Virus record (IMG/VR): IMGVR_UViG_3300021255_001460
Location: 1 to 64,000 of that record
DNA: 64,000 bases
Source: a virus
Taxonomy: Duplodnaviria > Caudoviricetes
Strand: one strand, 5' to 3'
The notes under the pieces were generated by a model. That model was not told the origin of the DNA, ran no database searches, and saw only the letters and a program-made list of their open reading frames with translations. Position numbers and translations under genes: made by a program. Shown piece after piece: positions 30,481-42,090 of the stretch (position 1 is its first letter; each line of letters opens with the position of its first letter).

Positions 30481-32308
30481 TGAAATCATAAAGGTTCTGG
30501 ACACACTGATAGGGCCGACAGAAGCTATTGGAGACTCAGCCGCAGACCATACTATTGAACATAATCTCATGACTCTGATTGACATTGTGAACTGGTGTCT
30601 TGACGGCATAAGTTATAGCGCATCCACTAGACACAGGTTTGAAGCCAGTATGCGTGATGTGGGCGAACGGGCATTCGCCGCACTGGATGAGTGGCGAAAC
30701 TGGCTGGACGAAAGGATCAAGGAGGACTAACAGTGGATACCGTGAACGCTCTCATGATGGGTGAAATGAATCGCGGCAAAGAAATGAAGGTCTTCGACTG
30801 GAACAAGGCGGCGAAGATCATCAAAGAAAGAGGAGCGCAAGAAGCCAGTGCTGGGTTAGCAGAGGATTATAGTTATACTGGTGGTTTTATTCTTTACAAC
30901 GGTATGATCATAAGAAATAGTTGTACATACCTAGCATCAACTTGGGCAACACCAACCCTGTATGTCGATAGCGAAGAGATTCCATGCTATGTTATGGAAT
31001 CGCAAACCAACTGGAATGAATACACAAGGTGGCCTGAGTCTGCGGTCAAAATATTGATGGGTGATAAGTATGACTAACATCGATAAGGTTATCGAAGGAC
31101 TGGAATGCTGTCAGTATTCTTCAAAGGCACATTGCGATGAATGCCCATATGTAAATGATGGTTTATGCAGTATCGACGCTTGTACTGCTGATTTAGCAAG
31201 CGATGCTCTTGACATGCTGAAAGAGCAGGAAGATACGCGCCTTATTTCAAGGAAGCCGTATCATACAAAGGTCGAATATGCGAACGGTGGCTCTTGGATT
31301 ACTGACCAATGCCCCGAGTGTGTGGAGCGCGGCGTTGGTATTTGGGACACGCTTGTTGATAGATACGTCAAGTATTGCCGTCGATGTGGTCAGGCCCTTG
31401 ACTGGAGCGAGTATAACGACCGTGACAAGATAGACTGGGATGAATACATGAGCCATGTCGGAGAGCGTGCTAATCGCATAATTAAAAGACGGTGAAGTGA
31501 AAATGACAAAGGAAGAAGCGTATCGTTATATTGACAATCTTAAATGGTTAAAGGGGTACGACAATACAACAATCGACGGAAAAACCGTTGGCGAGATATT
31601 GGACGAAATTAAAACTCTGCTGAAAGAGCAGGAAGCGAAACCAATGACAGAATACGACGATGGATGGGATTGCCCAAGATGCGGACTTAAACTTGTAGGA
31701 AAAACAGCAAGTGGATATCCGTATGATGAGTTGGATTTACCAAATGATGAAATTGTGAAGTATTGCCCAGTATGCGGACAGGCGGTGAAATTGGATGATT
31801 GACAAACGGCAACTTATCGAATCGTTAACCATATGTATCAATGACGAATGCGATAAGTGTGTTTACAGAAACAAAGGCGAGTACTGTAGCCTTGCATTGC
31901 TCCATGATGTCCGCGAACTATTAACAACTCAAGACGGTTACAGACCAGCCGACATCGTTCGTTGTAAAGACTGTAAATATGGATATATGCTACCAAATTC
32001 TAGCGATTATGTTTACTGTACCAAACCATATAGCGGCACGACCTCACATAAACCTGATTGGTTTTGCGCTGATGGAGACAGGCGGTGAAGTAGGAATGAA
32101 TACGAAAAAGAAAAACGCTTTATTCGGACGGTATCCATCGTGCGATATGCTCAACAATGCTCTGCGTTTTATCCATGAAGGGAAAATTGATGTTGCTTGT
32201 TCTGAGATTGTTTTTGCCATTGAAAAAGCAGATGGATATTTCCATGAAGATATTGTACCTATTGTTGAAAAGATTAAAAGCGACTGGATGAAAACACATT
32301 AGGAAGGT

Positions 32309-32496
32309 CAGTGAAGTGGAATGACGCTACAGGTTGAACTTCAAGACTTGCGGAAAATGCTCAAAGAAAAATGCGAAGAGATTATCAGCGATAAAAAACT
32401 CGTATGCGAGTTTTATTGGAGAATCTGCGAAATCGAAGAAGATGATAGGTTCACGGTTGTAGATGATTTGCATGATGGGCAGTGAAGTGGAATGAC
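32309..32496 (+). repeat. 17-bp gene-junction direct repeat CAGTGAAGTGGAATGAC (32309, 32480)
   Basis: Each copy holds the stop, RBS-like sequence and next ATG. Confidence 0.7.
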
Positions 32497-33482
32497 TGAT
32501 TCTGATAAAACAAAAATAATAGATGGATTTGCATATTGGATTGAGAACGAGGAAAACGGGGTTTGTTATATTCCGTTGAATCTTTGCGAAAAAATTATGG
32601 AACTGCTGAAGGAGCAAGAAAAGGAAATCAAAGGTACGACAGCACTAGTTTCTTGGAACAGCAAGCTCTGGAACACAAGAGTGTAATAAGGAAGTGAGAA
32701 TTTGTACGGCGATTTAAACGATTGTTATGGACGAGCGTTACAACAGGAACTTGCTGAAGCAAACAGACTTGAGCATGAGTTGATCGAAGAATCGAACCGC
32801 GAAGCCGATGCTTATTACGCAGAAATGGCTCGTCTTGAAGAGCAGAATAAGATGGAGAGTGAGTCATGAAAGAAATTATCATTGAAGTCCATGATAACTT
32901 TGTTTGTACTAACGACGAAGTGATCAGATGTCGCAACTGTAAATGGTGGAGACAAGACAGTATTCAGCACAATGTAAATGATGGCGGCGAGTGGGATGAC
33001 GCTTACTGCGAACGTTTGTGTGATATAGATAGATGGGGCGATATCTTTGATATATACAAACGAACACCATCAGATTTCTATTGTGCCGCCGCTGAAAGGA
33101 TAAGTAAATGAGAGAAGTCATTGTCGAAGTTCCTGACAACTATGCATTTAATCAAGAAGCTGTTCCCGTAAAAGGCAACCTAACTAGATGCAAGAACTGT
33201 ATACATGGTAGGCCGTACACCAATGGCATCATATGCGACAGAGATTTGTTTATTGTGCCAGAGGAGCATTATTGTGGTATGGCAAAGCCGAGGATGTATG
33301 AAAAGAAAGACTTGATCGTTCGTAGATCCATCACTATGATTGACGGAAAGCCGCATGTTGAGACATATTCGGAGCAACCGCTGATCAGATGTAAGGACTG
33401 CAAGCACTATGGTGAACAGTGGAAGACATGTGAAGAATTTAACTATTGCCAAGTTCCAGAAGACTTTTATTGTGGTAATGCT

Positions 33483-33706
33483 GAAAGAAGAGATGAACAA
33501 TGAAAGAACTTATAGTGCCGTTCACAGATGATGAGTTTGCATTCCACATGAAACACTATGGAGAATATCAGGAACTGATCAGATGCCGCGATTGCAAGTA
33601 TTATATTTTGGACGACAGGGATCATATGGTGTGTGACTACGATGAACGGATCAGATATCCAGAAGACTATTACTGTGCATCCGCAGAAAGAAGAGATGAA
33701 CAATGA
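33483..33706 (+). repeat. 21-bp gene-junction direct repeat GAAAGAAGAGATGAACAATGA (33483, 33686)
   Basis: Identical stop/start junctions of adjacent genes. Confidence 0.75.
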
Positions 33707-35791
33707 CCAAACTTGAAAAGGTCTTTGCAGGACTTAGCTGTCATAGCGTGGATAACCGCTGTTATGAATGTCCATACTCAGGTTCAAGTTATTGTTCCGA
33801 AGCACTGGCTCTTGATACTATAGAGGTAATATCACTATTACAAAATCAGATCGTAGATACAAAGTCATGCAAGACTTGTGCATATTATGATCGCTGTGAT
33901 CCAAGTGCCGCATCTTGTTCACCTGAATTCAGAACGTTTGCAGAGTGTCGCGGAAGTGCGAAATGGAATTGGAAATGGAAAGGCGTGGATTTGGAATGAC
34001 AATAAAAGAAGAGCCGCACAAAATCACTGCACATCTGGATGTTACAATCACTGGCAGATTTCACGACGATGAAGCTTCAGAAGAAACTGTTCGTCAATGT
34101 CTTGAGGAAGAGTTGAACGAATTATGGGAAGACGTTGAAGTGCGGTTGATTAAAGACGACAAACCAGCGGAAAACATCATATCAATACATTGCAAAGACT
34201 GTCTATGGTGGCAACCGGGTTTTGTCTATGGTGAAAATTATTATCCACCACATTGTGACAAGACTGGTGCTGGGCGATCTTCCGATGACTCTTGTCCAGA
34301 TGCAGAGATAGACTTTACGATAAGAGAGTTAGTATGAGGAGGCCAATAAGCCGTGTTCAGAGACTTGACAGAATTCGTGTGTGCGAAGTGCGGCGAAAGA
34401 TTTCTTGCCTACACCTACGGTTGCGATCTTCAAATCGATCTCAAACGCGATGATTGGTTTTACGTAAGTAGTTGTCCGTCTTGCGGTGCTGATTGCTTAG
34501 CGCCTATAGAATGATCTGAATATGCATGAAGAGTATCTCGCATCAATCGAGCATTTGGCAAAGAATTGATCCGATGTTTGGCGAAGAAAGGAAGAACAAT
34601 GGATAGAGATGATGTAATCAAACGGCTTGAACGTGCTTGTCAACTCGTGTGGAACGGCGAACGTTGTAACATCAGGGGTGCTAATGATGCGCTGGATGTC
34701 GCTTATGCGATACACGATGCGATAGCTTTGATTCAGAAACAAAAAGCAGTTAAGCCCGAATGGTGGCAAGGAAAAGCTTATTGTGGTGGCTGTGGCGCTA
34801 AATTGCCAAAAAAGAAATACAGTATGAATTTCTGCGGCAAGTGTGGACATATGATTGATTGGGGTGATGACTGATGGCGGTTCTGATTCGCGATATGGAG
34901 ATGCCGAAGTCATGCATTTATTGTGTATTTTGTCATGAGTGTGAATGCATTCTGACTGGACAATATCCACTAGATGATGAACTTATAATAGGTTACATGG
35001 TTCACCCAGATGAGTGTCCGCTGGAAGAAGTAACATGGGTCGCTGGGAACGAGGTGAAGTAAATGAGTGATCCAAATTTTCCGATAATCGAAGGTGTGCG
35101 GCTGTTGAACATAACCACACATCTACCGGATTGGGCAGGCATAATTATAGCAATATTATCCGTCATTGGTGGTCTGTGCTTGTTGACGGTGCTTGGTGCG
35201 TGGGAAGACATGTCTATACGGAAGAAAACATGGATGTGCGCTATATCCGCAATAATGATATTCGGTGCATTACTGTTTGCCGTACTTGTACCCAAGCAGT
35301 CAGTTTATCAATGCCTAGTCGATCCGTCTGTGAGTTATCAAAAGCTGACAGAGATATTTAATGTTATCGAACAGCACGGCGAGATCATTGATCTGATGCC
35401 CAAGTAATGAGAAAGGAGCGGTGGAATGAAACTCTACCACACGACCCACGCATACGACCCTACAGTGCCAGAAGAAGATTTTGTGACAGAGTTTGAGATT
35501 GACGAGAAATTAACAATCTCACAACTCGAAGCGAAAGCAGGACTTGAACCAAACATCTGCTACTACAACCGGGCTTGCCTCGATGATGATGACTCCCCCA
35601 CCCGCCTCATTATCGACTACGGCTCATGGAGTTGGTTCTTGGTTATTACTGGCACACAAGAAGAATTAAAGGAGTTGATAAATCTATGGTTTTCCAGACA
35701 GTAATGTATCTCGTTTTCGCGGTCAGTGGCCTCGCGCTTGGACTACTGATCGGCTACACCCGTGGCATTGAAGATTCGAGGAGGTACTGAG

Positions 35792-36061
35792 ATGAATCGT
35801 AAAGAGGTTCTTGAAGCCGCACAGACTTGTGTTTGCGGTAACCGTGAAGATGACTATGGTTCGCCCGAAAACAATTTCGCCCGTATCGCTAACCTGTGGA
35901 ACGCTTACCTTGGGGTGGACAAGATCAAACCCCATGATGTGGCGGCAATGTTGGCTCTGCTGAAGGTGGCACGGATCGCTTCCGAAGGTCACGGCAAAGC
36001 TGATAATTGGATTGATCTCGCGGGGTATGCGGCTTGCGGGGGTGAACTACAGGATGTCTGA
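35792..36061 (+). CDS. DUF6378-like protein
   Basis: REDDYGSPENNFARIANLW...LLKVARI...DNWIDLAGYAACGGE. Confidence 0.75.
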   Translation: MNRKEVLEAAQTCVCGNREDDYGSPENNFARIANLWNAYLGVDKIKPHDVAAMLALLKVARIASEGHGKADNWIDLAGYAACGGELQDV

Positions 36062-37016
36062 TTCTGACCTTGTGGTAAAGTTTACCCCAGCCAGTATCCG
36101 CGACATGATCGACAACAATGGTTACGGCGATATAAAGGCCACACCATTTGTCCGCACAACAATCCTTGATAAAAACTTAATAGCATCGGCTAAACCTCAT
36201 GAAGTTGTTTCCTGCCCTCACCTGCGGCTAAACAACTTCATTTTATTTGACGGCAAACCGATCAGTGAGTTCGCGCAAGATCCAAACTGGAAACCAGTTC
36301 CCAAGCCGCTACGAAGTCATCCACAGTACATGCAACTGCTGGAGCAAAGGTTCTCGCACAGCCCCGAGTACGACGAAGCAAGAGCCGCGCTGAAAACCAT
36401 GCGCTCCGATTGCCCTGACGATATCTTAGCCGCATACAAGAAAGGCTGGATTGTTGAGGCGGCGGTATTAAAGCGCCAGCCCCGTATCACAATGGAGTTC
36501 AAGAAGGGCCTGACCGCATACAAAGCTGTGCGTGAACATGTCAGTTGGACGTTGCGCTACGCCGAAGAGCCGTCTGACTTCGCAACAGAAGTGTGTCAAC
36601 TTTACGATAGTTATGACAAGGCGCTAGAAGTGGCGAACGTGTTATGTGCCGACTGGATGGACTCAATGCTCCGTACCGCAGGAAAAGACTGGCGCGAGGA
36701 TATCGAGTGGGCGCTTGAACGTGTGCCAGACAAGTACAAGATGAACGCACGACTGGCGCTTGACTTATGTCAACCAATACCGGGCGCTGTGATCCGGGTC
36801 TGTAATAACAAGATCTATCGGCGCGAACGACAGGGCTACGAATGGTCTGTAATCTTTGATTGGGAGGATGAATAAGATGCTTGGTGATTTGACGGGTACA
36901 TACACTTGTGATCTGATTATGGTCATTCTCGCGGTATGTGCTGGTGTCCATTGGATTATTGGAGCAATCATTGGCGACGACGATGACGATGATGACGACG
37001 ATGAGGAGTAAATGAT

Positions 37017-37289
37017 ATGACGAAAGCAAATGCAGAGCAGTGGCGATCTGGTGAGGCTGGCGCTTGTGGCCTGTGCCGCCGCGAAAAGTATTGCCACAAA
37101 CCTTGCCTGAATAACAAGGAGAGACTTGCCACCATTGCTGTCAGAATGCTCGAACAACTGGGCAAAGATCCCGAGTTTGATGATAAGGTTGCTGGAGTGC
37201 TTACGGTTGCGAACCAGCTTGCTAAGAGTGCCATTATGATCAAAAACATGAACCTTGGTCTGGACGAGGAGCAGAGCGATGAAGTTTAA
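37017..37289 (+). CDS. hypothetical protein
   Basis: GAGGAG RBS; Cys cluster. Confidence 0.55.
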   Translation: MTKANAEQWRSGEAGACGLCRREKYCHKPCLNNKERLATIAVRMLEQLGKDPEFDDKVAGVLTVANQLAKSAIMIKNMNLGLDEEQSDEV

Positions 37290-38022
37290 GGATTTCGACA
37301 AACAGATGCGGCAGTACGAACTAGTCCGCGACACGTTTATCCCTATGGGCGGCTACACAGTTGTGCGGCTTGATGGACGTAGTTTCTCGAAGTTAACCAA
37401 CCGCAAAGGATATGCCAAGCCGTTCGATGATCGGTTCAAAGATGCGATGTCACAGGTTGCCGCAGAACTCATGAAGTGCGGCTTTGATGTGCGGTTCGTC
37501 TACGTGCAGTCTGACGAGATCAATATCTTGTTCGACGATGAATGTACCACATTCAACCGCAAGGAGCGCAAGTGGTTGTCGATACTGGCTGGGGTCGCCT
37601 CTTCTGTGATGTCGCACTGTATCAACTGCATGGCGGTATTTGATGCTCGTGTGATCTGGTTGCCCGACGAAGAAGCTTGCAACCACTATTTTGCTTGGCG
37701 GCAAGGAGATAGTGAGCGCAACTGTCTGAACAGTTACTGCTACTGGACATTGATCAACACTGGCATGAGCAAGTACAAGGCCGCATCAAAGCTGGATCAC
37801 ATGAAGTACGACGATAAGCTGGATCTGCTCACACAGTACGGTATTAACTATGATGCCGTTCCCATCTGGCACAAGTATGGATACGGGTTCTATTGGAAGC
37901 AGTACGAGAAGACTGGTCGCAATGGCGAGAAAGTTACCCGGATGCGAGTGTGGCGAGATGAGGAGTTGCCGCACTTCAAATTTACATTGGAGACTATAAA
38001 ACAAAATGAGTCACACGATTGA
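37279..38022 (+). CDS. tRNA(His) guanylyltransferase Thg1-like 3'-5' nucleotidyltransferase
   Basis: VVRLDGRSFSKLT, YVQSDEINIL, FDARV, YFAWRQ.D..RN. Confidence 0.9.
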   Translation: MKFKDFDKQMRQYELVRDTFIPMGGYTVVRLDGRSFSKLTNRKGYAKPFDDRFKDAMSQVAAELMKCGFDVRFVYVQSDEINILFDDECTTFNRKERKWLSILAGVASSVMSHCINCMAVFDARVIWLPDEEACNHYFAWRQGDSERNCLNSYCYWTLINTGMSKYKAASKLDHMKYDDKLDLLTQYGINYDAVPIWHKYGYGFYWKQYEKTGRNGEKVTRMRVWRDEELPHFKFTLETIKQNESHD

Positions 38023-39157
38023 AGATCTTAATACACTGGTAGCACTGCCCCACCCACATAAAGTAGCACTCACGAAGGAACGCATCAAGGAGTGGTATGA
38101 TCACTGGGACGGCAACGTTTATGTTTTATTTTCTGGCGGCAAGGACAGCACGGTTCTGCTCCACATTGTTCGCCAGATGTACCCGGAAGTAAAGGCCGTC
38201 TTCAGCAACACAGGTCTTGAATATCCTGAGACTGTTAAGTTTGTGAAGTCTTTCGATAACGTAGACCTTGTTCGCCCCAAGATGACGTTTGCCGACGTAA
38301 TCACAACCTATGGTTATCCCATCATCAACAAGGAAACAGCAGAGACAATCCATTATGCACGGTCACGAGATCCGCGCCAAGAAGCAACTGCCAGACGCAA
38401 ACGGGAAGAACTTCTTGGTCAGCGGATTTACGTTGACCCAAGTGGGAATGATCCGCGCATCAATTACAACAAGCGACCATTTGCCGATACCGCAGAATCA
38501 AAGGGGCGGCTCAGTAAATATAACAAGGACAAGTGGTTGCCGCTCTGTATGGAAGCGCCATTCAAGATCTCCCACTACTGTTGCGAGATCATGAAGAAGT
38601 CGCCAATGGGTATCTATGACCGCCGAAGTGGTTTGTATCCTATGGTTGGCACAATGACAGAAGAAAGTAGATTGCGGCGAGGGGCATGGCTCAGACACGG
38701 ATGCAATGTGTACGAAGCGAAACATCCGGTTAGCCAGCCTCTTTCTTTCTGGACAGCGCAGGACATCCTGTACTACATCAAGGAAAACAATCTGCCCATC
38801 TGCTCATTGTACGGCGACATTGAGGTTAACCAGTTTGGCGAACTCTACACCACTGGTTCATCCCGGCTGGGTTGCTCTGCCTGTCTCTTCACACTACACC
38901 GCGAAACCAAGGGCGACACAAGATTCCAAGTTATGAAGCAAACCCATCCAAAGCTTTATGAGTTCTGTATGGGCGGCGGTCAGTGGATCGATAATCCCGA
39001 CTATGATCCCACCTATGACGGCACACCGGATGATATTGGCTGGGTTTATTGGAATCCACCAAAGCTGTGGATACCGTCAAAGGAAGGGCTTGGAATGAAG
39101 TTTGTCCTTGATTTCGTGAACGACATTTATGGAAAACGGTTTTGCCGCTATGAATGA
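38006..39157 (+). CDS. PAPS reductase family protein
   Basis: FSGGKDS PP-loop; CCEIMKK; ESRLRR; RLGCSAC. Confidence 0.85.
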   Translation: MSHTIEDLNTLVALPHPHKVALTKERIKEWYDHWDGNVYVLFSGGKDSTVLLHIVRQMYPEVKAVFSNTGLEYPETVKFVKSFDNVDLVRPKMTFADVITTYGYPIINKETAETIHYARSRDPRQEATARRKREELLGQRIYVDPSGNDPRINYNKRPFADTAESKGRLSKYNKDKWLPLCMEAPFKISHYCCEIMKKSPMGIYDRRSGLYPMVGTMTEESRLRRGAWLRHGCNVYEAKHPVSQPLSFWTAQDILYYIKENNLPICSLYGDIEVNQFGELYTTGSSRLGCSACLFTLHRETKGDTRFQVMKQTHPKLYEFCMGGGQWIDNPDYDPTYDGTPDDIGWVYWNPPKLWIPSKEGLGMKFVLDFVNDIYGKRFCRYE

Positions 39158-39392
39158 AAATGAACTTGAGATTCTCCCCTGTTACAAATGTGGTTCGCAC
39201 AACGTGATGCTCAACACATGTGCGTCCACCATTATGTGTGTCGAGTGTCTGGCAAAGAGTCCACCTTTCAGACTGCCAGATGGGCGACGCAAGAAGATGT
39301 CAAAAGAAACTGTGATTAAGGCTTGGAATAGCGTACCACGAAAAGCTATTCCGCGAAAAAGTGAGGATAATACCAATGGACATCAGACATGA
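39150..39392 (+). CDS. Lar-like Zn-ribbon protein
   Basis: LPCYKCG...CVEC...AWN. Confidence 0.55.
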   Translation: MNENELEILPCYKCGSHNVMLNTCASTIMCVECLAKSPPFRLPDGRRKKMSKETVIKAWNSVPRKAIPRKSEDNTNGHQT

Positions 39393-40476
39393 ATTTCCGT
39401 TCTTTGAGAAAACCGATGTGACCTATCTCGACTCTGCCGCCACAACTCAGAAGCCATATAAAGTGATAGACAGCATCGTACAATCCTATTCAGAATTCAA
39501 CGCCAATCCGGGAAGGGGTTCGCACACCCTTTCCCTTTTTGCTACCTCTCGTTACGAAAAGGCGAGAGAACATGTTGCGGCCTTCTTCGGTTGCGATCCT
39601 GACGAACTGATCTTTACGTCGGGCGCTACTGAATCGCTCAACATTATTGCCAAAAATCTCTCCCCACTTACCCGCCACGTAAACTTCGCCACCGCACCAT
39701 TTGACCACCACTCTTGCATTCTCCCTTGGTTCTATTGCTACGACAGCGAAGACATGACAACCAAACCGTTCAAGTCTGTGGATGTTTATACAGTGGTGTC
39801 CAACGTAATTGGCGATGTGAAACTGCCGCATCAAGAACATACAGAGGATAGAGTTGTTGTTGCGGATCTGACCCAAGCTGTCGCCCACATGCCGATCAAC
39901 CTGCACGAGATGAGCATTGATTGCGCGGCCTTCTCTGCCCACAAGATGTATGGCCCAATGGGAGTTGGTTGCCTATACATCAAACGGGATCTCCAGAAGT
40001 ATTTTATCAACATTAACTATGGTGGCGGCATGGTAGAGGATCTGGTGGACGAAGAGTTCAGGTTCAAATCTGGGCCGCAAAAATTTGAAGCTGGCACAAG
40101 AGATGTTGCCGGGGTAGTCGCCCTTTCTGCGGCTTGTTCATTCCTCGAGCAGTATGGCTGGATAAACATCATGGCTCACGAGAAAGACCTGATGGATCAT
40201 CTGCTCTACGAGTTTGCACAGGATGACCGCATCGAAATTTATGGTCACAACCAGCAGAGTCTCGTGTCGTTCAATGTGCGCGGCTTTCACTCATCTTATG
40301 TTTCCGACCACCTTGATGGCTGGAACATTGCAATCCGGGCTGGGCATATGTGTGCGCTGAACACCATGAGGGCGCTCGACATCGACTCTTGTTGCCGTGT
40401 AAGTCTGGGCATCTACAACACACACGAAGATATTGATTATCTCGCAAGATCACTGAAGGAGTTGAAAGAAGAATGA
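39376..40476 (+). CDS. sufS: cysteine desulfurase (SufS/Csd-like, PLP class V)
   Basis: YLDSAATTQKP, FTSGATES, FSAHKMYGP, EAGT, RAGHMCA. Confidence 0.9.
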   Translation: MDIRHEFPFFEKTDVTYLDSAATTQKPYKVIDSIVQSYSEFNANPGRGSHTLSLFATSRYEKAREHVAAFFGCDPDELIFTSGATESLNIIAKNLSPLTRHVNFATAPFDHHSCILPWFYCYDSEDMTTKPFKSVDVYTVVSNVIGDVKLPHQEHTEDRVVVADLTQAVAHMPINLHEMSIDCAAFSAHKMYGPMGVGCLYIKRDLQKYFININYGGGMVEDLVDEEFRFKSGPQKFEAGTRDVAGVVALSAACSFLEQYGWINIMAHEKDLMDHLLYEFAQDDRIEIYGHNQQSLVSFNVRGFHSSYVSDHLDGWNIAIRAGHMCALNTMRALDIDSCCRVSLGIYNTHEDIDYLARSLKELKEE

Positions 40477-41519
40477 GACATCTCGCAAGTATACAGAAGA
40501 TCTGGAAGATTGAACCTATCGAAGGCGCTGACCGCATCGAACTGATCCATGTGTGTGGCTGGCAGTGTGTGGCAAATAAAGGCCAGTTCAAGCCTATGGA
40601 CAACGCCATCTATTTTGAAATTGATAGCTTCCTGCCGATCCGACCTGAGTTTGAATTCCTGCGCTCATCCAGCTACAAAAAGACCGACATTATGGGCGAA
40701 GGCTTCAGACTCCGCACCATGAGGTTCAAGGGGCAGATCTCTCAGGGTCTTGTCCTGCCGCTGAGTATGTTCCCGGAGATTGATCCCGGCACAGAAGTTG
40801 GCGTGGATGTAAGTCAGGCACTGGGGGTGAAGAAGTGGGAAGTCGAAGAACGTGCAACAACGCAAGGCACAATTATTGGCACACTGCCGCCATCAATCCC
40901 AACAACTGATGAATCGAGAGTGCAAGAATGTCCTGAGCTAATCCAAGACTTCGGCAACCTTGAATTCTATATCTCCAGCAAGATGGATGGCACATCCTGC
41001 TCTGTCGCCATTGATGAGGATGGCTGGCATGTGTGCGGTCACCACTATGAGTACGCCGATGATGGCAAGTCCTCATTCTACAACTTCATCAATAATCTTG
41101 GTCTGCGCGAAAAGATGGAAAAGTATGTTAAGGAGATGGGCTATAAATCGCTCGTGATCCAAGGCGAGTTCTGCGCTCCCGGCATTCAGAAGAATCCGCT
41201 GAAACTAATAAAACCTGAGTGGTATGTGTTCACAATCCGTGTTGATAACAAGCGTGTCGGACTCATCCCCATGCAAACCATCTGTCACGAACTTGGGCTG
41301 ACCCATGTGCCAATCGAAGAAGTCGCCAACAATCTGAGCGCCCACTACCCAACCGTTGAAGCGCTCCTCGCCCGTGCTGAACAGGGTACATATCCGAGCG
41401 GCAGTATGAAAGAGGGCATCGTGATCCGACCAACCGAGCCAGTCTATTGTCCGCGCATCAGTGCTTCCCTGTCCATGAAAGTTGTCAGCAATAAGTATCT
41501 GTTGAAGAAAGGTGAATAA
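40473..41519 (+). CDS. ATP-dependent RNA ligase (Rnl2/DRB0094-like)
   Basis: LASIQKI..IEPIEGADRIE, SKMDGTS (KxDG), QGE, EGIV, KVVS. Confidence 0.88.
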   Translation: MRHLASIQKIWKIEPIEGADRIELIHVCGWQCVANKGQFKPMDNAIYFEIDSFLPIRPEFEFLRSSSYKKTDIMGEGFRLRTMRFKGQISQGLVLPLSMFPEIDPGTEVGVDVSQALGVKKWEVEERATTQGTIIGTLPPSIPTTDESRVQECPELIQDFGNLEFYISSKMDGTSCSVAIDEDGWHVCGHHYEYADDGKSSFYNFINNLGLREKMEKYVKEMGYKSLVIQGEFCAPGIQKNPLKLIKPEWYVFTIRVDNKRVGLIPMQTICHELGLTHVPIEEVANNLSAHYPTVEALLARAEQGTYPSGSMKEGIVIRPTEPVYCPRISASLSMKVVSNKYLLKKGE

Positions 41520-41520
41520 G

Positions 41521-42019
41521 ATGCCAAAGAAACCGGAAGACATTGAACTGGAAGAGCAGAATATCTTTTGCCGCATACCAAAGAACACATTCAAAATGAA
41601 AATTGAATGTGTCGTCATTATTGGCGGCAAAGAGCAGAAGGTACACAAAGAATTAATGCTCGACGAGATAAATAAAGCACGGGAAGATTTTCTTGAGTAT
41701 GTCGAAGATGGCGACGACTATGATGCCCGCTATGAACTAACAGATGAAGGCCGCAAACTATTGGAGCAGATGCGAAATGATAAACTCTTGTGATTGGTGT
41801 GGTAACCAGCATCTCAAGGTGAATATTTTAACCGACTACATTACGGTGGACGAAAAGCATTATGTGTGCGGCAGAGGAGTGGTGTATTGCCCGATCTGTG
41901 GAGCGACCTATACCAAGTGCGACGCATACACCCAACTGTTCGACCCGATCCTGCCCAGCATGATAACCGACACAACGCATCGTTTACGTGTTGGAATTCT
42001 CAATGAATTAACTGCATAA
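41521..42019 (+). other. two small hypothetical CDS (41521-41793, about 41777-42019)
   Basis: ORF track; packed downstream of the ligase. Confidence 0.5.
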
Positions 42020-42024
42020 AACAC

Positions 42025-42057
42025 CCCCATCAGCCGCCTCTCGTGTGGTTGGTGGGG
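42025..42057 (+). terminator. 13-bp hairpin between the operon end and integrase 2
   Basis: CCCCATCAGCCGC/GTGGTTGGTGGGG with G.U pairs; T-rich tail. Confidence 0.5.
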
Positions 42058-42090
42058 ATTTACTTTACCTTTTTCTGGAGGCGATTTGAC

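Larger units (their letters stand above)
28627..36875 (+). other. Array of about 25 small accessory genes, many with CxxC...CxxC or CKDCK...FYC..AERR modules
   Basis: Head-to-tail ORFs (e.g. 29475, 29675, 30458, 31070, 31497, 31795, 32492, 32866, 33108, 33500, 33703, 34566, 34874, 35063, 35426, 36054) with overlapping junctions. Confidence 0.7.

Noticed and set aside
32309-33706. CRISPR array
   Set aside because: The repeats occur only in pairs at gene junctions and are separated by coding sequence; the Cas4-like nuclease has no cas neighbours
38006-40476. Complete Dnd/Ssp phosphorothioation system
   Set aside because: Only DndA-like and DndC-family folds are present; no DndB/D/E or SspB/C is seen in the window
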